From Mytilus californianus (taxonomy: Eukaryota): 64,000 bases of DNA. The stretch spans positions 83,514,001 to 83,578,000 of the forward strand of contig NW_026262723.1 in NCBI RefSeq assembly GCF_021869535.1. Reading direction: 5' to 3'. This document shows positions 12,346-22,752 of this stretch, piece after piece (the first letter of the stretch is position 1; each line of letters opens with the position of its first letter). The notes beneath the pieces are model-generated. The model was not told the DNA's origin. It saw only the letters and a program-made list of their open reading frames with translations, and did no database searches. A program made the position numbers and the translations under genes.

Positions 12346-12944
12346 ATAACATATCAAGGTCAGACTAACAACGATAGTGTTGATACAATTATAATATAAG
12401 AAATAAATCAGAGATTTGTTGAGGTAAACGCAAATTAGACAGATCATGCACGGAGACCAAAACATCAACATTTAAAAGCGCATTAAATCGGCGGATGTTG
12501 GGTCTTCATTTGACACTTACTTTAATCCAAAGTTAAAATTGATCGATGTTCTGTATAATTTTATTTTTGCTGCATTTTTTCTGAATAAAATCGATTCCGT
12601 ACTTCGAGTTTGTGACATGCATATATGTTTTACTTAATACATTTATTCTTTTCTGAATTCTATCTATAAATTTCTTTCTAGCATTACTCAAAACAATGTT
12701 TCTTTGCACCTGTACATGACTTTATTGTATGAAATCTTCTTGCAAGCAAATCAGCCGTTTTTTTGTGTGCAATAAGACATATTTCCTATATCGGCGGTTG
12801 GAATACTTTCAAGTTATGCATGCTAAGTGTTACTGCAAGCATTGTTTGATATGGTGACTTTCGTTTTTAGGTGTGTTTATGTCATATGCATACAATACTA
12901 AAATTATTATTTCATTTTTGTTGTTTTGTTTTTGTCGTGTAAGT

Positions 12945-13395
12945 GATCATAATTTAGAAATTGAATTAGGACGTTATAAAAAAATTCAAAGAGAACACAG
13001 ACTGTGCAAAGTTTGTAAAGTTTTAGATGATGAGGAACACTTTTTCCTTCATTGCCAAATTAACAGTAATGTAAGACATTCCCTTATAAATGCAATTAAA
13101 ACCCATTATCCTAATTTTAACCAGCTTGACTCAAACTCTAAACTTAAAACTATTCTAGATCCCAATAAAAATATTTTGTCTAGTGTTGTAGACTATATAA
13201 AGCAATCTATGGAATTGCGAAAATAAGGTCCACATTGGTCAATTATTATATATATATATATATATTATTAATATCAACTTGACTTGTTTAAAACATTTAT
13301 CATGTATTATGTTTCTTGTCACTTGTGTATACAATGTACTATGTTTGCTTTTTAGCCCGCCAGGGTTTCATGTTTTGCAATAAAGTTTATATGTA
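12945..13395 (+). mobile_element. 3' fragment of a non-LTR retrotransposon (C-terminal CCHC-like region)
   Basis: RVSDHNLEIELGRY..RLCKVC..DEEHFFLHC resembles a LINE ORF2 C-terminus; followed by an AT-rich 3' UTR with aataaa. Confidence 0.75.
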
Positions 13396-13404
13396 TACAG
13401 TTTG

Positions 13405-13868
13405 ATCCTTTTTGGTGATATAACTCTTCAACTGTTTCGATTCTTATACAACTTTGGTTCTCAAATATTCGGCTTTGAGTGTTCCTGATGAAGGTAAATC
13501 CAGAAAATCGCTCCGGACCCATGAAATTCATAACGTGTTGTTTTCATTTTTGACAGCACTGGGTCGATACCTCTGCTGGTGGACTATCATTCCCCGAGAG
13601 TATCAACAGCTCAGTAGTCAGTATTTCGGTACTGACATGATTTATTACAAAGTTCTCTAAAATTGTCCGTTTATAAATTTGGAAATTTTAAAGAAACTAA
13701 GGTTCCAACTCCTTCAGGCAGAGTTGAACTTAGATGGATTTGGCAATTTTTAGGTCCTTTTTGGTCATACAACTCTTCAACTGTTTCGGTTCTTACAATA
13801 TTTGGCTAACAGATATTCGGCTTTGAGTGTTCCTGATGAAGATAAATCCTTAAAAGTGCTTCGGACGC
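13405..13868 (+). mobile_element. Retrozyme of a second class (348-bp period) with two degenerate hammerheads
   Basis: CTGATGA at 13485 and 13833 (period 348). The middle is homologous to the 354-bp class (cactgggtcgat...gctggtgga...gtcag..ttcgg..tgacatga). Confidence 0.8.
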
Positions 13869-14210
13869 ATGGAAATATCAAGCAATTAGAAACGAAAGAC
13901 CTACCATTTCTGGCTGACAACAAATGGAAATATCAAGCAAGTAGAAACGAAAGACCTATCATTTCTGGCTGAGGACAAATGGAAATATCAAGCAAGAAGA
14001 AACGAAAGACCTACCATTTTTGGCTGAGGACAAAGGGAAATATCAAGCAAGCACAAACGAAAGACCTACCATTTCTGGCTGAGGACAAATGGAAATATCA
14101 AGCAAGCACAAACGAAAGAACTACCATTTCTGGCTGAGGACAAATGGAAATATCAAGCAAGTACAAACGAAAGACCTATCATTTCTTGCTGAGGACAACT
14201 GAAATATCAA
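13869..14210. repeat. 55-bp minisatellite, ~6 copies
   Basis: Unit atggaaatatcaagcaagtagaaacgaaagacctaccatttctggctgaggacaa at 13869, 13924, 13979, 14034, 14089, 14144. Confidence 0.95.
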
Positions 14211-14242
14211 ATTAAATTGTTTAAGAATGTTTTTTGAAAACA

Positions 14243-14248
14243 TTTATT
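14243..14248 (-). terminator. Candidate polyadenylation signal of dehydratase copy 2
   Basis: AATAAA on the minus strand about 33 nt after the stop. Confidence 0.5.
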
Positions 14249-14280
14249 TCAAACGACCTCATTGTTACAAGGAAGAACAC

Positions 14281-15597
14281 TTAAAATGGCATATGCGCTT
14301 TTTCCACAACAGCCTTCTTAATATTTCGGTCTGCTTGTTCTTGGCTTTGTTCCTCTGTTCTCTGATAGGGACGTCTGAGTGTATCGCGACAAAGAGTTAC
14401 ACCAAATCCAGGACGATCTGGTAAATCAATGAATCCGTTAGCTGGCAGAGGTTCGTCTAGGAAAAGACCACTAAAGAATGGGGATATTGTATCAGCCTTT
14501 GGACTTAAATTGATAAATTCAGCAATTGGACAGTTTTGAAAAGCATATTGTAGATGGTATGAATACACACTTGATATATGAGGAATTACCATAATATCAT
14601 AAGGAGATGCCATTGCGCATATCCTACGTGCTTCGGTAATACCTCCGAGCCAAGTGATGTCTGGCTGAAGAATATCTACACATCCTCTTGAAATCAACTG
14701 TTCAAATCCATATCTGCTGTACTCATGCTCCCCTGTAGTAAGAAGGACAGTGCTGCCGCGCATTGAATCACGAACATCGCTGTATCCGGTGTAATTATCT
14801 GGCGGAAGAAATTCTTCGATCCACTTCAGTCCATATGTTTCTAGTGCTTTTGCGAGTTTGATAGAATACGGTACAGTCAATGCCATGTAACAGTCTAACA
14901 TTAAAGGAAAATCAGGTCCGACCTTTTCCCGCCAGTTCTTGAAAAATTCTACATTCTTTCGAAAACCTTCATCACCAGCTGATGGCCCATAAGGACACGA
15001 AACCTTTGCCCCTACAAATCCAAGCTCTTTTGCAATGTCTGGTCGCGTAGTCGTGCAATAAACAGGGAGTCTCTGTTTAGTTTTACCGCCAAGCAAGGCA
15101 TATACTGGCTCTTGTCTAATTTTTCCAATCAAATCCCAAAGCGCAAGATCAACTGCGCTTATTGCTTGAACCGATAGCCCTTTCCTACCGTAATTCCACG
15201 TCGCCCGAAACATCTGGTCCCACATAAGTTCAACATCTCTGGGGTCCTGACCTTCAATGAATCGACTAAGATGATGTTCCACTATGTAGCATCCAGGTTC
15301 TCCACCGATTGAGATCCCCACACCAGTCGTACCGTCAGTGGCTTCAACTTCGACAACTAAGGAGCCAAGTGCGTTAATGCCCCATGATTTCCATGTGGCT
15401 GCATACTGATCATATCCCGACATAGGATTTGCAATTGGTGTTGGATATCCATTAATCCAGTGTTTATCATCAACGTCATAACAGTCTGCTCCTTGGTCCT
15501 TTCCTTTGTCATCACTGGCATTGTTGTCAGAAATGTAAGCTCGGACTGCTTTTATACGAGGAAATTTCCGACATGTTGTCTTAATTATAGTAGTCAT
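14281..15597 (-). CDS. rhmD: L-rhamnonate dehydratase-like protein, copy 2, 438 aa, intronless CDS
   Basis: Paralog of copy 1 over its whole length, with the same EKAHMPF C-terminus. True start is probably Met44 of the listed ORF (MTTIIKTT): homology starts there, and a pyrimidine tract plus CAG acceptor sits 21 nt upstream at 15619-15621. Confidence 0.9.
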   Translation of the reverse strand: MTTIIKTTCRKFPRIKAVRAYISDNNASDDKGKDQGADCYDVDDKHWINGYPTPIANPMSGYDQYAATWKSWGINALGSLVVEVEATDGTTGVGISIGGEPGCYIVEHHLSRFIEGQDPRDVELMWDQMFRATWNYGRKGLSVQAISAVDLALWDLIGKIRQEPVYALLGGKTKQRLPVYCTTTRPDIAKELGFVGAKVSCPYGPSAGDEGFRKNVEFFKNWREKVGPDFPLMLDCYMALTVPYSIKLAKALETYGLKWIEEFLPPDNYTGYSDVRDSMRGSTVLLTTGEHEYSRYGFEQLISRGCVDILQPDITWLGGITEARRICAMASPYDIMVIPHISSVYSYHLQYAFQNCPIAEFINLSPKADTISPFFSGLFLDEPLPANGFIDLPDRPGFGVTLCRDTLRRPYQRTEEQSQEQADRNIKKAVVEKAHMPF

Positions 15598-18500
15598 TTT
15601 ACAACCAAGCTTGAAAACCTGATAAATAAGTATAATGATAAAAAACATCTGATAGTGAAAGATAACGTATGCCATCTCACGGACAGCAAAGTTGATGATA
15701 AACAGATGAATAATTTTCTTAACCAAAAGGTCAGATGCGATATTGTCAATTTCCTTTTCTTATCAACTTTTTTTAATAAAATCAATATGAAAACAGCTTG
15801 GTAGCCAAAATATACTTTGATGGATTGTAAAGTTGGATGCCTTCCTTCGGAAATGCATGTCATTCATGTAACGAACAATTCCTCCGATAAAAACGCTTCC
15901 CCCTCTTTTTATGCCGAATTCATAGAACAGAAACAAACTTCAAGTACTTTCAAAGCGGTTTGTGTTTGTACCGGCCGACAAAACAGCCAACATGTGGTGC
16001 TGGTATGCCGTAAATACTACATGGACGTTCTTAAGAATGAGATTTTAAATTCTTCTACATTCAAGTCCGTGCGCTCCACAGAGAGTCATATAGTAAACAA
16101 GCATATCAAAACCACATCACAGCTTAAGGCCTCTTCTGAACAATTGAAGGTCCCTACTAAGGATTGGTTACCTAAACTACACACAAAAAAGTCAAATATC
16201 GTATCATCTCGGCCTCTAGTAAGTGATCTACAACTGATCTTTCAGTGCCTTTTTTTTTAAACTAGTTCCATAACTAATATCAAAGAATCTATCATTAACT
16301 TTTGTAATAAAATATATGAAAATAGTGGAATTAACTAATTTTGGAGTGTAAAAAATTCCTTGGATGTTTTAGATAAATTACGTGCTTTTGATAGTCCTTT
16401 TGATTCTGTTGACAGTTTTGACTTTTCAACTCTTTACACTACACTTCCACACAATCTTATCAAACAAAAGTTTTCCTATTTAATTAACTGGTCGTTTGGT
16501 AAATCTGAATGCAAATATATTTGCTGCAACTCATTTAAAGCCTTCTTCTCTAATGAGAAAGGTAAATATGCTAGATATACTTACTGGAGGTGTGATGAGA
16601 TGATTGAAGCTGTTAATTTTCTCCTTTATAACAATTATGTACGTTTCGGCAATAAAGTTTATCGACAGGTAGTATGTATTCCTATGGGCACCAATTGCGC
16701 CCCTTTAATATCAGACTTGTTCTTGTACTGTTATGAATCACAGTTTATGACCAAACTCAGTACAGACCCGTCTAAATTGCATTTAATTGATAAATTCAAC
16801 AACACTTACCGTTATCTTGATGATATTTTTTCGTTAAATAATCAAGAATTTTTTAAATATCCTGCCGAAATTACTCAAAGGAACTTACTCTAAATAATTC
16901 AAATGTAAATGGTAATAACTGTCCTGTCCTAGATGTAGATATTTCAGTTTCACACGGGAAACTCTACACTTAAATTTACGACAGAAGGGACGATTTTTCG
17001 TTCCCTATTGTTAATTTTCCTTTTCTGGACGGTGATGTTCCTTTGGCACCATCTTACGGTGTTTATATATCACAACTCGTTCGCTACGCCCGTGTCTACT
17101 GTGACGTTTTGGATTTCAATGAACGTAATCTATGTATTACTGGTAAATTATAAGTCAGGGATTTCGTTACCACAAATTACTTAAAACCTTTACTAAATTC
17201 TTCCATAGATATAAAGATTTGGTTTTGAAGATTGGTTGTACCTGTAGAAAACTCATTTCAAACGGGATAGCAAATCCTAATTTTTACGAAGATGTTGTTT
17301 ACCGAGCCCGGAAATTTAGAAACGATCCGGGTAAACATATCGATCCTTTAAATAAACTTATTCTAAAAGGGTACCAATTCAACACTGTAATTAGATCTTT
17401 GAATATTGTTTTTATTGGTATTAAAATTGATTTTGTTATCAGTAAATTAAAATCAAACTAAGTATTATTTTTATATGTATATACATATGCATATTCATGG
17501 CTCTACAAGCTGTCGATACCTGTATCTTGGCATTGCACAAGGTCGTGTATTTCTCTGACTGTTTATGACGTCTTTACACTAAATCTATTGAATGTTGGAT
17601 GTGTACTGATTGATATTTTAGTCTTAGATGCATGATTTTTTATTGGTTGTTATTGGCTTTGAACAACTAGCTGTCAGTAACTACGAGTACTCTCAGATCT
17701 GTACTTAGTGTCTTTTTGTTGTGGGGATGTATAAATACCCTGGCACGTCCACTCTGTGTTTTTGTTACTTGTTTTTGCTTTGTATCTATCTGATGAGTTA
17801 AACCCTTTTCAACTGATTTTTATAGTTTGTTCATATGTTGTACTGTTACACCACTGTCCAAGATTAGGGGGAGGGTTGGGCACCCGCTAACATGTTTAAC
17901 CCCGCCACATTCTGTATGTGCCTGTCCCAAGTCAGGATCCTGTAATTCAGTGGTTGTCGTTTGTTGCTGTATATCATATTTGTTTTTCGTTTATTATGTT
18001 GTACATAAATCAGGCCATTAGTTTTCTCGTTTGAATACTTTTACATTTGTCATTTCGGGGCCTTCTATGGCTGACTATGCGGTATTGGCTTTGCTCATTG
18101 TTGAAGGCCGTACGGTGACCTATAGTTGTTAATTTCTGTGTCATTTGGTATCTTGTGGAGAGTTGTCTCATTAAGGAAATGTTTTATCATGATTTACTCC
18201 TTTTTAGACTGTAATATTCAGTTTTCTGTCTATGAAGAAATAACATAAAAAATGTGGTGCACACTGAATAACTCGCGTAGCGGGTTATTCAAAAGTGTGC
18301 ACCACATTTTTTATGTTATTTCGAATAGACAAAAAAAGTATTACAGTCATTCCTTATAATTTAATTCTAAAAATTCGTAAGGGTTCCGCGGAACCCAGTG
18401 TCTCGCCTACTTTTCTGTTAATCGCAGGCTCAACAAAAATGAGGAAGTAAATCAATAAAAATATTCCCCTTGATACTATCTTCTGATTGTAAGAAGCTTC

Positions 18501-19054
18501 TGTCCAAGTTTGGTAAAAATCCAGGAGAGTTTATGAATCTAATAAATGTTTAAAAACTTTAACTGCAGACTGAATGTAATGTTAATTGGAAGAAAACAAA
18601 TTTCCTTCTAGATACTAGCATTTGATCATAAACAAGCTTCTGTCCAAGTTTGGTTCAAATCCAAAATAGTATAAGAAAGTTATTAAAATTTTAAAAACTT
18701 TAACCACAGAGTGAATATGTTGTTTCCTGGCAGAAAATCTAAGTCCATTTAAAAGTAAAATACGGAAAAAATGGATTTATTTTTTTACAAAATTTCCTTC
18801 TAGATACTAGCTTTTGATCATAAGCAAGCTTCTGTCCAAGTTTGGTACAAATCCAAAATAGTATAAGAAAGTTATTAAAATTTTAAAAACTTTAACCACA
18901 GAGTAAATATGTTGTTTCCTGGCAGAAAATCTAAGTCCATTAAAAGTAAAATAAGGAAAAAATGGATTTATTTTTTTACAAAATTTACTCCTAGATACTA
19001 TCTTATGATCATAAACAAGCTTCTGTCCAAGTTTGGTACAAACCCAGGATAGTT

Positions 19055-21412
19055 CTTCTTCTTCTTCTTCCATATACTGCCCACATTCAACATGATGAAT
19101 ATTCTGGCAAGTTGCGCATGATTAAAAACAGGTTAAAAACAGGATAAAAACAAATTGTTCTGTTGATTTAGTTTGTGGTTTTGGTGACTTGAGACTTGAA
19201 TATCTCAAGAGACTTTGCTGTGGCGGTATCTGGTGGCAGTTTGTTCCAATCCTTGACGGTGTTTATGAAGAAGGACCATTTCCTACAGTCTTTGGTGGCT
19301 GGCTGTAATAGGTAAGTATGTTGTCCTGTCCGGTTTGAGCTTCTTGTTGGTTTTTGTAGATATTTATTCTTGTCTATGGCTACAAGGTCGTTTGTTATTT
19401 TGTAACACATGATGAGTCGTGCTTCTTTTCGTCTTGTTTGTAAGCTTTTCCATCCTAATTCATTTATCATGTTGCTGACACTTGATCTATTTCTATGTCT
19501 GCTGGTTACATATCGTGCAGCTCTTCTTTGTACCTTTTCAATTTTATCTATGTGGTTTTGCTGGTACGGGTCCCATACTGTCGTGGCGTATTCCATTTGC
19601 GGTCTTACTAATATTTTATAGGCATGCTCTTTGATGGATTTTGAGCTAATGTGGAGGTTTCGATGTAGGAAACCAAGGCTTCGGCTGGCTTTTCCTGTGA
19701 TGTTGTTTATATGTTCTCCCCAATCTAGATCATTTGCGATGGTGCAGCCTAGGTATTTAGTTGATGTTTCATGCACCAGAGTATGGCCGTGGAGTTTATA
19801 GTCCCACTTGGTTGGCTTTTTCTTTTTTGTAACAGTGAGGACACTACATTTTTCAGGATGGAACTCCATTTTCCAGAGTTCTTCCCATTTTGCCAGTTTG
19901 TCCAGGTCTTCTTGGAGTTTATGGCAGTCGCTGTCTGATGAAATTGTCAAATAGACCACAGTATCGTCCGCAAACAGTCTCACTGTGGAGTGTAAGCCTT
20001 CTGGTAGGTCGTTGATGTAGAACAGAAAAAGACTGGGTCCTAATACTGATCCTTGCGGTACTCCGGATTCTACTTTTACTTTGTCAGATGTTTCGCCTTC
20101 AACAACTACTACCTGGGTTCTATTGGTGAGAAATTCCTTTATCCATTTGTTTGTTTTACTTCGGATGCCATAATGGTGTAATTTATGGAGGAGTAAGCTG
20201 TGGGACACCTTATCAAAAGCTTTTGAAAAGTCAAGTATTAGCAGATCTGATTGTTTTCCGTTTTCCAGGTTTTTTGTGATGTCATCGATACATTCAAGGA
20301 GTTGTGTTTCGCATGATCTTTTACTTCTGAAGCCGTGTTGTAATGGGTATAGTATGTTATTTACCTCTGCATGTTTCATGATGTTACTGGTGACTATGTG
20401 TTCTATTATTTTGCAGCAAATACATGTTAGGGATATTGGCCTATAGTTAGCTGCTATGTATTTCTGGCCTTTCTTATATGCCGGAGTGACATTTGCAGTT
20501 CGCCAGTCATCGGGTATCTTTCCTTCCTCCATTGAAAAATTGTATATGATGGTTAAGATTGGAGCAATTTCACTGGCTAGTTCTTTCAGAATCATTGGCT
20601 TGATGTTGTCTGGTCCAGCAGCCTTGTGTGGTTTTAGATTTTTCAGCTGTTTTTCCACTCCATTAATTGTGATGATTATTTGTTCGCTGTCTGGATAATT
20701 TTCTGGTAGATCTGACATGAGTTTTTTCTTTTCAAAATCTCGTTTACTGATTGGACATGCAGCAGTGAAGACTGATTGAAATTGATCATTTAGAATATTT
20801 GCTTTATTTATTGGGTCAGTTTCTAATTTCCCATTTCTTCTAAGTGGTGCTACTCCATTTTTATCACTTTTCTTGTGTTTGATATAGGTCCAGAATCTTT
20901 TTGTTGGTGAACGGATGTCCTCGTTATCTTCTGGAGTTATTATGTCTTCTATATACTTCCAATAGGCTTGTCTTGATTTTCTTTGGATGGTTTGTTTCAG
21001 TTGTTTAAATCTTTTATCATCAGTAGCATGGTTTGATTTCTTTTTCTTTTTATAAGCTCGGTCTCTTCGTCTCATAAGTTTTTTGATTTCCTGGGTTATC
21101 CATGGGTTTTTGTCCTTAGTCTTGCATACTTTGGAAGGTATATGCTGGTTAGTACTGCTTTCTAGGTCTTCTTTGAACATGTTCCAGAGTATATTGATGT
21201 TTGTCTTCTTGTTCAGGCTTTCTTTTTGAATTTTGATATAAAGCAAATTCATATCCTCTTTTATGCTGTCCCATTTAGCTCTTCTATACAGTTGGATTTT
21301 TCTTGGCTTTTGTTTGTTTGTCATTGGATTGGTGTTCATTTCTGCATACACAATATCATGGTCTGAAATTCCTGGAATGACATCAAGTCTCATCATTTTA
21401 CTAGGACAGTTG
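19055..21412 (-). mobile_element. 5'-truncated LINE (CR1/L2-like group) with (GAA)n tail
   Basis: Carries the RT ORF; 3' tail gaagaagaa at 19055-19070; candidate TSD TAGTT at 19050-19054 and 21438-21442, with a short target-like filler at the 5' junction. Confidence 0.92.
19168..21396 (-). CDS. LINE ORF2 remnant: end of the APE endonuclease plus a complete reverse transcriptase, 742 aa open
   Basis: PGISDHD, NYRPISL, QHGFR, DFSKAFDKV, GVPQGSVLGP, LFADD motifs; no stops. Confidence 0.93.
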   Translation of the reverse strand: MMRLDVIPGISDHDIVYAEMNTNPMTNKQKPRKIQLYRRAKWDSIKEDMNLLYIKIQKESLNKKTNINILWNMFKEDLESSTNQHIPSKVCKTKDKNPWITQEIKKLMRRRDRAYKKKKKSNHATDDKRFKQLKQTIQRKSRQAYWKYIEDIITPEDNEDIRSPTKRFWTYIKHKKSDKNGVAPLRRNGKLETDPINKANILNDQFQSVFTAACPISKRDFEKKKLMSDLPENYPDSEQIIITINGVEKQLKNLKPHKAAGPDNIKPMILKELASEIAPILTIIYNFSMEEGKIPDDWRTANVTPAYKKGQKYIAANYRPISLTCICCKIIEHIVTSNIMKHAEVNNILYPLQHGFRSKRSCETQLLECIDDITKNLENGKQSDLLILDFSKAFDKVSHSLLLHKLHHYGIRSKTNKWIKEFLTNRTQVVVVEGETSDKVKVESGVPQGSVLGPSLFLFYINDLPEGLHSTVRLFADDTVVYLTISSDSDCHKLQEDLDKLAKWEELWKMEFHPEKCSVLTVTKKKKPTKWDYKLHGHTLVHETSTKYLGCTIANDLDWGEHINNITGKASRSLGFLHRNLHISSKSIKEHAYKILVRPQMEYATTVWDPYQQNHIDKIEKVQRRAARYVTSRHRNRSSVSNMINELGWKSLQTRRKEARLIMCYKITNDLVAIDKNKYLQKPTRSSNRTGQHTYLLQPATKDCRKWSFFINTVKDWNKLPPDTATAKSLEIFKSQVTKTTN

Positions 21413-21695
21413 GTTATAAGAAAGTTATTAAAAAAGTTAGTTTAAGAAAGTTATTAAAATTTTAAAAACTTTAACCACAGAGTGAATGTAATATTTCCCG
21501 GCAGAAAAACTAAGTCCATTTATAAGTAAAATACGGAAAAAATGGAATTTTATTTTTACAAAATTTACTTCTGGATACTATCTTATGATCATAAACAAGC
21601 TTCTGTCCAAGTTTGGTAGAAATCCAGGATAGTTTAAGAAAGTTATTAAAATTTCAAAAACTTTAACCACAGAGTGAATATTTGTGGACGCCGCC

Positions 21696-21726
<31 letters not shown>

Positions 21727-22015
21727 CCGACGGAATGTAGGATCGCTATGTCTCGCTTTTTCGACTAAAGTCGAAGGCTCGACAAAAAGGAGTAAATCAT
21801 GATAAAACCGTTGATGACGTCACGGTCACATGACAAAATTATGTCTATGAGCTGATATACAAAATACTTTCAGCCAATCAGAAGACGTGTTACATCCAAA
21901 ATTAAATTATTTGGCAATCAAAACACATCTTCTTATTTTTATAATTAAGACATATTAATTAAAAGTTTTTTTTTACTAATTATAAACCTTATTGGTACGG
22001 TAATACAATTCAAAC

Positions 22016-22405
22016 CAGAAAACTAACGGCCTAATTTATAGTAATCCAATTTATGAAAAACCGATATGACAGACAGTGGTGTAACAGCTTAACATAAGAA
22101 CAAACCGTACAAATCAGTTGCAAATAGCTTAACTCAATAGATCAATAAGAAGCACAAAAACCTATCCCCCCCCCCCCCCTCGCCAAAAAAAAACAACTTA
22201 CAATTAACACAAAACACCGATATAAGAGTTACTGAAAGCTAGTTCAAAGTCAATTACAACTTATTAATAAATCATGTAAGTTATCTCAGGCTAAAGCATC
22301 AATCAGTAAATATCCAACAGTTTTAGTGTAAAGACGTCATAAACAGTCTGAGAAACGCATGACCTTTTGCAATGCCAGAATATAAGTAAATAGCATATAG
22401 ATGCC
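22016..22405 (-). repeat. Inverted, diverged copy of the PLE 3' tail
   Basis: tagtgtaaagacgtcataaacagtc (22325-22349) is the reverse complement of 17557-17581; similarity continues on both sides. Confidence 0.8.
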
Positions 22406-22752
22406 AACTTATATTATATAATTCAAAAACAAAATCAATGTAAGTACAGGTAAGAACAAAATTCAAAGTTTTAGTAAAATATTAAATTGATAACCTTTAA
22501 GAACAAATTTATTCAAAGCATTAATGAGCTTAGATGGATCGTATCTAAATTTGTGGGCTCTATAAATAATATCACCGTAAAATTAGAATGTGATATCCCA
22601 TTTTTGATTTTAAAAAAACTACAGATACAACAAAACTTCCTTACCAAATCTTTGTATCTATGAAAATATTTAGTTAAAACAATTATTGATTTGTGATAAC
22701 GTTATCCCTTCCTTATTAATTTACCAGCTATCATAAATTACGTTAATCAAAA

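Larger units (their letters stand above)
18372..21785 (-). mobile_element. HINE/Pearl-like (Helentron-associated) element with ~180-bp internal tandem units, split by a LINE
   Basis: Terminal palindrome gggttccgcggaaccc (18381-18396), gcgagac subterminal motifs, (GAC)n microsatellite at 21690-21730, and repeated caagcttctgtccaagtttgg units on both sides of the LINE. Confidence 0.8.
18173..21910. mobile_element. Foldback non-autonomous element, split by a HINE
   Basis: Internal ~40-bp inverted arms around 18238-18322. A 25-bp sequence at 18181-18205 is the perfect reverse complement of 21784-21808. Interrupts the PLE tail at a TT. Confidence 0.65.
15945..21945 (+). mobile_element. 5'-truncated, frameshifted Penelope-like retroelement (RT remnant 15945-17461); 3' tail split by nested insertions at 18173-21910
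   Basis: PLE-type RT motifs WLPKLH, DFSTLYT, IPMGTNCAP, RYLDDIF and a downstream DKRDDF/FPIVNFPFL-like segment. No GIY-YIG after the RT. The tail stops at gttgtctcatt (18172) and resumes at ggcaatca..acacatcttcttatt (21912). Confidence 0.85.

Noticed and set aside
7913-15597. Bacterial or fungal contaminant contig
   Set aside because: The genes are interleaved with the same repeat families found in the introns of the host genes, are not in an operon, and have candidate poly(A) signals. Read-level confirmation is still advisable.
15598-15726. 43-aa hydrophobic N-terminal extension of the 481-aa ORF (possible signal or targeting peptide)
   Set aside because: Absent from copy 1 and from the family; it overlaps an AT-rich pyrimidine tract and acceptor, so it is better explained as intron/UTR read in frame.
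17786-17815. Hammerhead in the PLE tail (ctgatgagttaaacc)
   Set aside because: CTGATGA is present but there is no stem II-GAAA-stem III.
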